Assembly: GCA_945929845.1 (NCBI GenBank) | Contig: CAMEON010000001.1 | Location: 134,374 to 198,373, forward strand | Reading direction: 5' to 3' | DNA: 64,000 nucleotides | From: an uncultured Clostridia bacterium | GTDB taxonomy: Bacteria; Bacillota; Clostridia; Oscillospirales; CAG-272 | Shown here: one piece after another, positions 55,619-64,000 of the stretch | Layout: each line of letters starts with the position of its first letter | How positions within the stretch are numbered: the stretch's first letter is position 1 | The notes under the pieces: generated by a model | What the model was told of the DNA's origin: nothing | The model's database searches: none | What the model saw: only the letters and a program-made list of their open reading frames with translations | Position numbers and translations under genes: made by a program

Positions 55619-56497
55619 TCAGTCATTGACGAACAGTTTATATATTTCATTCTTTGGTACGCCCCGGTCATGAGCGGCGGCCTTGATGGCATCACCCTTG
55701 GACAGTCCCTGCTCCATGTAGTGGGTCACATGATCTTCCACGGTCATCCCCTCCCAAAAGGCAGATGCCCCGGCAGGCTTCACCGTTCCATCAACCACCA
55801 GCACATACTCTCCCCGTGGCTCGTTGTCCCGGTAGTAGGCAATCGCATCGGAAATGGTGGTGCGCATGACCTCCTCGTTCAGCTTGGTCAGCTCACGGCA
55901 CAGGGCGATGCGCCGCTCCCCACCAAAGGTGTCGGACAGATCATCCAGGGTGGTCTTCAGCTTGTGAGGGGCTTCGTGAAAGATCATGGTGCGCCGCTCC
56001 CCCCGCAGGGATTCCAGGTGTTCCCGGCGCTCCTGCCTGTTGACTGACAGGAAGCCTTCGAAGGTGAACCGCCCGGTGGGAAGGCCGGAGAGGGTCAGGG
56101 CGGTGATCCCGGCACAGCAACCCGGTACCGAAGTAACAGGGATCCCCTGCTCGGCGCACAGGCGCACCAGATCCTCTCCCGGATCGGAAATGGCCGGGGT
56201 ACCGGCGTCAGTAACCAGGGCACAGGATTCCCCGGCGGCGAGACGGTCGCAGATGACCGGGCCACGCTCCCGCTTGTTGTGCTCAAAGTAGGAGACCATC
56301 GGCTTCCGGATGTCCAGGAAGGAAAGCAGGCGGCCGGAATTCCGGGTGTCCTCAGCAGCGATGAAGTCCACCCCGGACAGTACCTTCACGGCTCTCTCCG
56401 ACAGATCGGACAGGTTGCCGATGGGGGTGGCCACCAGGTACAGCGTACCGGGCAGTACCCTGTTTTTCTCTTCACTGTTGTTACTGTTGATTGGCAT
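55619..56497 (-). CDS. rsmI: 16S rRNA (cytidine1402-2'-O)-methyltransferase
   Basis: GTLYLVATPIGNLSDLSERA...IAAEDTR motif. ATG at 56497; the tracked ORF extends upstream without support. Confidence 0.9.
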   Translation of the reverse strand: MPINSNNSEEKNRVLPGTLYLVATPIGNLSDLSERAVKVLSGVDFIAAEDTRNSGRLLSFLDIRKPMVSYFEHNKRERGPVICDRLAAGESCALVTDAGTPAISDPGEDLVRLCAEQGIPVTSVPGCCAGITALTLSGLPTGRFTFEGFLSVNRQERREHLESLRGERRTMIFHEAPHKLKTTLDDLSDTFGGERRIALCRELTKLNEEVMRTTISDAIAYYRDNEPRGEYVLVVDGTVKPAGASAFWEGMTVEDHVTHYMEQGLSKGDAIKAAAHDRGVPKNEIYKLFVND

Positions 56498-56614
56498 GGA
56501 AAAGTACCTTTCATAACAAAGAATAGGGAAGACAGGACAGGACAGGACAAGAACAGTCAGGAAGTTCCCTGCATATACTTGGGGTGAAAAATGCACAGGA
56601 GGAACAGAACATAT

Positions 56615-57178
56615 ATGGCGATCAAAGTGTACATCGACCAGGGGCATAACCCGGTCAATCCCAATGCGGGAGCGGAGGGGAACGGCCTCCGAGAGCAGGA
56701 TGTGGTATACACCATCGGACAACTGCTGGCAGACCGCCTGTTGGCGAACGGAAACTTCGCCGTGCGGCTGTCCCGTCCCACGCCGCAGACACAGCTGGGC
56801 ACATCCACAGCCACCAGCCTGGCGGCAAGAGTCAACGATGCCAACAGCTGGGGGGCGGATTACTTCATCAGCCTACATACCAACGCCTCGGATGTGACCA
56901 CCGCCAGCGGTAGTGAGTCGCTGGTATACGCAACCGGCACCCGGGCGGCGGCACTGGCCCAGGATATTCAGAGCAATCTGGCAGCTGTCACAGGACTTCC
57001 GAACCGGGGCGTCAAGGCGAGGCCGGGGCTGTATGTCCTGCGGAAAACGGCCATGCCGTCGGTGCTGGTGGAGCTGGGATTCATCTCTAATCCGGGTGAT
57101 GCGGCACTGATGTCGCAAAGCCCGGGGCTTTTCGCCGAGGGCGTATACCGTGGGATCGTACAGTATACCGGAGTATAA
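56615..57178 (+). CDS. N-acetylmuramoyl-L-alanine amidase (Amidase_3, CwlD-like)
   Basis: IDQGHN...GADYFISLHTNA...PSVLVELGFISN motifs. Start may be 56615 or 56591. Confidence 0.85.
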   Translation: MAIKVYIDQGHNPVNPNAGAEGNGLREQDVVYTIGQLLADRLLANGNFAVRLSRPTPQTQLGTSTATSLAARVNDANSWGADYFISLHTNASDVTTASGSESLVYATGTRAAALAQDIQSNLAAVTGLPNRGVKARPGLYVLRKTAMPSVLVELGFISNPGDAALMSQSPGLFAEGVYRGIVQYTGV

Positions 57179-57186
57179 TCCGTGAA

Positions 57187-59281
<2,095 letters not shown>

Positions 59282-59291
59282 GAGTCAAGAG

Positions 59292-59327
59292 AAAAAAGAA
59301 CCGCTGTCACATGATGTACAGCGGTTC
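59292..59327 (-). terminator. rho-independent terminator of the small membrane protein gene
   Basis: GAACCGCTGT (59298-59307) pairs with ACAGCGGTTC (59318-59327). On the minus strand it is followed by TTTTTT. Confidence 0.8.
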
Positions 59328-59345
59328 TTCCCGGACAGGCTGTCT

Positions 59346-59603
59346 TTATTCAGCATCAGCCTCTGCCGGCTCCGGAGACACCTCGGCCTCGGTCACCTCG
59401 GCCACGGTATCATCAGCGGCATCCTCTTCAATTGCCTCAGCCTCACAGCCCTTCTTCTTTGCCAGCAGCTTCAGGACTTTGTCCTTGAAGAACTTTTCAA
59501 AGATCACATAAGCAGCAGCAAGAGCGGCCAGGGAAGTGAGCACAATGGCAACAACCTTGAGCGCAGTGTTGTTCTTCTTCTTTTTCTTGCAGAAAAGGCA
59601 CAT
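59346..59603 (-). CDS. small membrane protein (85 aa) with an acidic tail
   Basis: Strong RBS AAGGAGG. MCLFCKKKKKNN, then TM segment ALKVVAIVLTSLAALAAAYVIF, then a Glu/Ala/Asp-rich tail. Confidence 0.7.
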   Translation of the reverse strand: MCLFCKKKKKNNTALKVVAIVLTSLAALAAAYVIFEKFFKDKVLKLLAKKKGCEAEAIEEDAADDTVAEVTEAEVSPEPAEADAE

Positions 59604-59743
59604 GGTTACATCCTCCTTGTTGGTTACATACAGACACAGATAGACTGAGCCCTATATTTAACCTCATTATATACTTTCTCTGTGAACTCAATATGAATTA
59701 TCTTTCAAAATGTGTGAATTTATCCGGTTTTTGATAAGCAAAG

Positions 59744-59778
59744 AAAAAAAGAGCCGAACCGTTTGGATACGGTCTGGC
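59744..59778 (-). terminator. rho-independent terminator downstream of the SBP gene and palindromic element
   Basis: The minus strand reads GCCAGACCGT-atccaa-ACGGTTCGGC (8 of 10 bp paired), followed by TCTTTTTTT. Confidence 0.65.
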
Positions 59779-59812
59779 CGGAAAAATGTGTGTCGAAACG
59801 GATTCAGAAATC

Positions 59813-59979
59813 TTAGGAAACGCTGATTTAATGAGGTGGTACAGATTCGGTACAGATTTTTTTGCCTGCGATTGCGAAAAACTCAAGATGTACTGGATGT
59901 ACATCGAGTTTTTCGGCAAGAAGCAGGCGGGAAAAGATGTGCCGAAGATGTGCCGCCGAATAAATCAGCGGTTCCCTTA
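59813..59979 (+). repeat. palindromic element, copy 3 of 3 (167 bp, degraded tips)
   Basis: The interior matches copies 1 and 2 (7-T run). The left tip is TTAGGAAACG (one A lost) and the right tip is GGTTCCCTTAC. The terminal TTA (59977-59979) is the TAA stop of the minus-strand SBP gene. Confidence 0.9.
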
Positions 59980-61470
59980 CTTAAAGCCCTTCAGAATGTT
60001 GTTCATTCTCTTGTCGAAGTTCTTGCTGATGCTGGTGTATTTGGAGGTGAACTGATTGGCTCCCGTTATGCTATCGCTGAAAATGCCGCTGAAGCCAAGG
60101 GTTTCAAAGTACATAGCCATATCATAGATACGGTGTCGGAAAATAATATCCAGCATTTCGGAGGACTCCGCATCCCGTACATTCCGGGTTGTCAACATGA
60201 TCTCATAGTAGGCCGGTCTGACCAACTTTTGGGACAGCACAGCGTACAACTCCAGAACATCCGCAAAGGCATCCATGTCTGCATCCTTGCTCGCCACCGA
60301 GGCGGGGATGGACAGGGTGGACCCTATGCTGTGGCTCCATGTGGTGTAGTGTTCCTGGGAGACACTATACTTGGGGATGGGGATAACGCCGTACTCGCTG
60401 TCCATGTTCTTATTCAAGCTGCGTAGGTAACTGGCGGCCTCCACATAATACAGGGAACGACCTTCCACAAAAATTCCACAGGATTTGGACTCTGAGCCTG
60501 GGGCGGCGATGTACGAGGAATTGTTTTCATGAACAATCTGGCGGGCAAGGTTCAGCACATTCAGCGCAATATCCATATCGGAAGCGGTCAGTGCCAATTC
60601 GGGAGCCTCCATACTGCGGCTGTTGCGGACATACTGCAACCCGGCGCCGTAAAAGAAAGTATTTCCAATGGAGCTGGGTGTGGAGAAGCCGTATGTGTCG
60701 TGCTCGTCCCATACACCGTCACCGTTGTCATTAGACAGGCCACTGATGATGGAGTTGAACTTATCCAGCGTCCATTCGTTGTTTTTCACGGTTTCGTAGG
60801 GGTTTTCCACCCGGTACTCTGACTGGAGCTTCTTATTGAACATCATGACAAAGGTCACATCATCGTCCACGATGTTAAAAGAACCGTTCATAAAGAACAC
60901 ACGACCGTACAGCGCAAAGTCCAGCGTGCCCTCGTCCCACCATTCCTGATCGTAGTCGATATCCAGGTCAAGGTAGTTGTACAGATAGTTGGATGTGGCG
61001 GCATTCGCAGTGCCGGAGGTGGTCTGGGTGACCAGTTGGAAGTCACCGGTCGTTGCCTGAACCTCGCTCAGGAGCTTATTCGCTATACTTGCATTGCTCA
61101 CGGGGATGAGGACAAAATGAAGTTTTCCGTACTCCTCAAAGAGGGCGTTCCGCTCATACACTGCATCGTTGATGACGCCACTGCTGGTGTTGTCACCGGC
61201 GGCGGCTTGGGCTTCCACCTCCTCGGTGTAACCGGAGATGTCGTTGATGTACAGAATACCGAAATCCCGGCCACCCCAGTCCACGGTGGCACGCACGGCA
61301 TCCAAAGCGTTCTGCACGGGGTCGGTCTCAGCCTGGTTCCCGGCGGCGGTCTGACGGGCACTCTCATCGCCCGAGGCATTCCCTTCCTGATTGCCGCAGG
61401 CAACAAAGGAAGTCAGAATCATCAGTGCAGTCAGGAGCAGGCATATCCGCTGAGCAGTTTTGTTTTTCAT
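59977..61470 (-). CDS. ABC transporter extracellular solute-binding lipoprotein (sugar-type)
   Basis: MKNKTAQRICLLLTALMILTSFVACG lipobox. About 500-aa SBP-like sequence. ATG at 61470 follows RBS GGAGG. Confidence 0.8.
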   Translation of the reverse strand: MKNKTAQRICLLLTALMILTSFVACGNQEGNASGDESARQTAAGNQAETDPVQNALDAVRATVDWGGRDFGILYINDISGYTEEVEAQAAAGDNTSSGVINDAVYERNALFEEYGKLHFVLIPVSNASIANKLLSEVQATTGDFQLVTQTTSGTANAATSNYLYNYLDLDIDYDQEWWDEGTLDFALYGRVFFMNGSFNIVDDDVTFVMMFNKKLQSEYRVENPYETVKNNEWTLDKFNSIISGLSNDNGDGVWDEHDTYGFSTPSSIGNTFFYGAGLQYVRNSRSMEAPELALTASDMDIALNVLNLARQIVHENNSSYIAAPGSESKSCGIFVEGRSLYYVEAASYLRSLNKNMDSEYGVIPIPKYSVSQEHYTTWSHSIGSTLSIPASVASKDADMDAFADVLELYAVLSQKLVRPAYYEIMLTTRNVRDAESSEMLDIIFRHRIYDMAMYFETLGFSGIFSDSITGANQFTSKYTSISKNFDKRMNNILKGFK

Positions 61471-61603
61471 GTGATTTACCTCCATGTGAAAATACTATTT
61501 CAAGAAACAGGAAACGCCCCTTCCGATACATGAAAAAGGTTGAATTCACCATTCAGAAAGGTCGAATATGGGCACAATGCACAAAATTTTTGAGATTTTC
61601 TTT

Positions 61604-61632
61604 ATTATATCACAAAAAGTGCGGTGTGTCAA
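61604..61632 (-). promoter_or_regulatory. sigma-A promoter, exact TTGACA-17-TATAAT, for the SBP gene
   Basis: The minus strand reads TTGACA (61632-61627), a 17-nt spacer, then TATAAT (61609-61604). This implies a leader of about 125 nt. Confidence 0.75.
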
Positions 61633-61737
61633 CCGGTATTTGAAAATTTCTCCCTGCTTCTCTGCTTCTCTGTTTCTCTATTATCACATCACCTCAATCG
61701 GAACTGAAAATATGCCTGGTAAAATTCAAAAAGCCTA

Positions 61738-61766
61738 TTGCAATTTCCGAAAAGGTAGAGTATAAT
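61738..61766 (+). promoter_or_regulatory. sigma-A promoter (TTGCAA-17-TATAAT) for the kinase/SIS genes
   Basis: TTGCAA at 61738-61743, a 17-nt spacer, TATAAT at 61761-61766. Confidence 0.7.
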
Positions 61767-61803
61767 AAACCATGCATAAACCATGTCATGGGAGGGCTAC
61801 GCC

Positions 61804-62775
61804 GTGACCTATTACATAGCCGCCGAGGGAGGCGGTACAAAACTGCTGACCGTTCTGTACGATGAGCAGTTCCGCATCATACGCACAGCCCGCACCACAG
61901 GAACCAATGCCGTCTACCGACGACCGGGAGACATAGAAGCTTCCATGGAAAAAATGACGGATGAGCTGCTTGGCAACACTCCGGACATCCGGGAGATACA
62001 GCGGCTGGATATGAGCCTGGTCGGAAACGGGGGGTTGTTGGCTGATGTGCTACGCCGTCATATCACGCTCAAAGAGTCCCGGCAGTACGGGGAAGGGGCG
62101 GTTGCCTTGGCCGCCGCCGGGTTCACAAGCGGGATCGTTGCCCAGTCCGGCACCGGCTCTGATGCCTTTCTGATTCAACCGGGCACCGACGAAAGGATCG
62201 GCGGCTGGGGGCCGCTCCTTGGCGATGAGGGGAGCGGCTATGACATTGGACTTATGGGTCTGAAGGCCGCCATTTATGCAGAAGAAGGCAGGGGGCCGGA
62301 CACGGTTCTGCTTCCTATGGTCATGGAGAACTTCAAGTTATCGCAATTGTGGGATCTGGTTCATACGGTTTCCGATACATCGGATGTCCGCCGTACCGTC
62401 GGATCAGCCGCCCTGCTTGTAGCCAGGGCCGCCGGACAGGGGGATGCGGTGGCATTGGACATATACGACAGGGCAGCCAGGGCCATGGCTCATCAGGTGC
62501 TGACCGCTCTTGGCAGGGTACAGGGAGATCTGAAAGGCCCCATTGTCACCTCCGGTGGCGCATGGAAAGGGCATCGGCGTATGTTTGACACCTTCACAGC
62601 CGCTGTACATGAAGTGTATCCGAAGGTTACGGTGATCTTCCCGGACTTGGAACCGGTTGCGGGGTGCATATTCCTTCGTCTTATGAACGAGGGACGGACA
62701 GCGGAGGAGGCCATGTCGGTTCTTCGTACCTGCTTCCCGTGTCTGGCCACAGGCGGATTACCGGTTTCCCAATGA
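61804..62775 (+). CDS. BadF/BadG/BcrA/BcrD-type ATPase (N-acetylglucosamine/MurNAc kinase-like)
   Basis: YYIAAEGGGTK, GTGSDAFL and GGWGPLLGDEGSGYDIG motifs. GTG at 61804 preferred (RBS GGGAGG 8 nt upstream, with the promoter -10 only about 17 nt before the tracked ATG at 61783). Confidence 0.8.
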   Translation: MTYYIAAEGGGTKLLTVLYDEQFRIIRTARTTGTNAVYRRPGDIEASMEKMTDELLGNTPDIREIQRLDMSLVGNGGLLADVLRRHITLKESRQYGEGAVALAAAGFTSGIVAQSGTGSDAFLIQPGTDERIGGWGPLLGDEGSGYDIGLMGLKAAIYAEEGRGPDTVLLPMVMENFKLSQLWDLVHTVSDTSDVRRTVGSAALLVARAAGQGDAVALDIYDRAARAMAHQVLTALGRVQGDLKGPIVTSGGAWKGHRRMFDTFTAAVHEVYPKVTVIFPDLEPVAGCIFLRLMNEGRTAEEAMSVLRTCFPCLATGGLPVSQ

Positions 62776-62797
62776 AAAATAAGCAGGAGAAGAAAGC

Positions 62798-63538
62798 ATG
62801 AGTATCATTGACCGCTACTACAGCCGCGTGACTGACATTCTGGACGAGGCCTTCCGGCAGGAGGCAGAACATATGGAGGCGGCGGCACAAGCCATTGCAC
62901 AGGCCAACAGGACAGGCCATTCTGTCTTTGCCTTCGGCTGTAACCACGCCGGGTTGATCACCCTGGAGCTGTTCTACCGCACCGGGGGTATGGTCACCAT
63001 CAATCCCGTCCGGGCACCCGGCATGATGCTGGAGGTGTCCCCCATCACCATGAGCAGTGAGATCGAACGGATCCCGGGATATGGGCGCACCATCTTTCAG
63101 GGACTTCCGGCCAAGGAGGGGGATGTCATCCTCATCCATTCGGTATCCGGCCGGAATGCCGTGACCATAGACATGGCTGAAGCCGCAAAGGAGAAGGGCC
63201 TTTGTGTGATCGTCATCACCAATATGAACACCTCGACCAAGGTCACATCCCGCCACCCAGAGGGTAAGAAACTGTATGATTTTGCCGACATTCTGCTTGA
63301 CAACCACGGGGACTTCGGAGATGCCACCGTGGCGTTGGACGGCTTTGAGCAGAAGTTGGCTTCCTCCTCCACCGTGGTCGGTGCGGCTATGCTCAATGCA
63401 GTGACCGCTCGGGCCTCCGAGATACTCTGGGAGGCCGGCATTCAGCCGCCGGTGTTCATGAGCGGCAATGTGGACGGCGGAGATGCCTACAATAAGGCGG
63501 TCATCGCCGCCCATAAAGAGAACATATTTTATATGTAA
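62798..63538 (+). CDS. SIS domain protein (UPF0309-like sugar isomerase/binding)
   Basis: HSVFAFGCNHAGL...ILIHSVSGRNAVTIDMAEAAKEKGLCVIVITN SIS pattern. RBS AGGAGAAG. Confidence 0.8.
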   Translation: MSIIDRYYSRVTDILDEAFRQEAEHMEAAAQAIAQANRTGHSVFAFGCNHAGLITLELFYRTGGMVTINPVRAPGMMLEVSPITMSSEIERIPGYGRTIFQGLPAKEGDVILIHSVSGRNAVTIDMAEAAKEKGLCVIVITNMNTSTKVTSRHPEGKKLYDFADILLDNHGDFGDATVALDGFEQKLASSSTVVGAAMLNAVTARASEILWEAGIQPPVFMSGNVDGGDAYNKAVIAAHKENIFYM

Positions 63539-63570
63539 AAAAGGAACAGAAAAGGAAAGGTACATTCAAA

Positions 63571-64000
63571 ATGGAACTGATGGACAGATACCAGCAGGCA
63601 GTCTTTGACCTGCTTTTCAAGGCACGCACGACCCAACGGGAGAACATTGTCAAAGCCGGCGAGCTGGTGGCTCATGCCGTAGAAGGTGGCGGCAAGGTCT
63701 ACCTCAGTGGCATATGTCACTCCATAGAAAACGATCTGATCTACCGTGGCGGCGGGCCGATCTTCTATAAGCACTATGAAGAGGAGCAGACCCAACTGAA
63801 GGCCGGGGATGTGTTGTTCGTCAGTTCGGTGTCCGGTCGTACACTGAAGGTGGTCAACCTGGCTTACGACAGCGTAGCCGCCGGTGTCCATGTCATCGCC
63901 TTTACCAGCATGGAGTATGCCCGGGCGGTGGAGCCGGTGCATCCCTCCGGGAAGAAGCTGTATGAGATCGCCACCCTGACCCTGGACAACTGTGCACCCG
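63571..64000 (+). CDS. second SIS domain (UPF0309-like) paralog, 3' end outside the window
   Basis: My own translation from the ATG at 63571 (RBS AAAGGAAAGG) is MELMDRYQQAVFDLLFKARTTQRENIVKAGELVAHAVEGGGKVYLSGICHS...VLFVSSVSGRTLKVVNLAYDSVAAGVHVIAFTS. The frame is open to the window end. Confidence 0.8.
   Translation, partial: MELMDRYQQAVFDLLFKARTTQRENIVKAGELVAHAVEGGGKVYLSGICHSIENDLIYRGGGPIFYKHYEEEQTQLKAGDVLFVSSVSGRTLKVVNLAYDSVAAGVHVIAFTSMEYARAVEPVHPSGKKLYEIATLTLDNCAP

Overview
GC-rich chromosomal segment from a spore-forming Firmicute of the class Clostridia (possibly Oscillospiraceae/Ruminococcaceae; a guess from gene content and composition, no search was run). Most of the window is dense housekeeping sequence, largely on the minus strand. 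It includes pgi (partial), radA, hisS, rpe, ispF-ispD, rpiB, tsaB-tsaE, pheST behind a T-box leader, tyrS, rluB-like, a D-Ala-D-Ala carboxypeptidase, ytfJ plus DUF2953, scpAB, lysA, engB, lon, addAB, rsmI and ligA. Sporulation markers are also present: a Coat_F protein, an alpha/beta SASP and an Amidase_3 protein. I found no tRNA, rRNA, CRISPR array, transposase, integrase or recognisable defence genes. Several sigma-A promoters match TTGACA-17-TATAAT exactly, and several rho-independent terminators can be read directly. Five things are not explained by ordinary annotation. (1) A 168-bp palindromic element occurs in three near-identical copies, has 11-bp-phased direct repeats, and its tips supply the stop codons of two genes. 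(2) A second intergenic repeat family has three copies with a conserved scaffold and interchangeable hairpins. (3) An operon combines a cytoplasmic GH-like protein, a COG0523 metallochaperone with a duplicated HGHCCCHHH cassette, a degenerate COG0523/DUF1980-like fusion and a DUF436 protein. (4) A two-gene module pairs a mini P-loop protein with an HPr-kinase-like protein. (5) A sugar locus carries a BadF-type kinase and tandem UPF0309 SIS paralogs. All product names come from motifs read in the translations, not from database searches. Start codons were chosen by RBS inspection and several differ from the ORF track.
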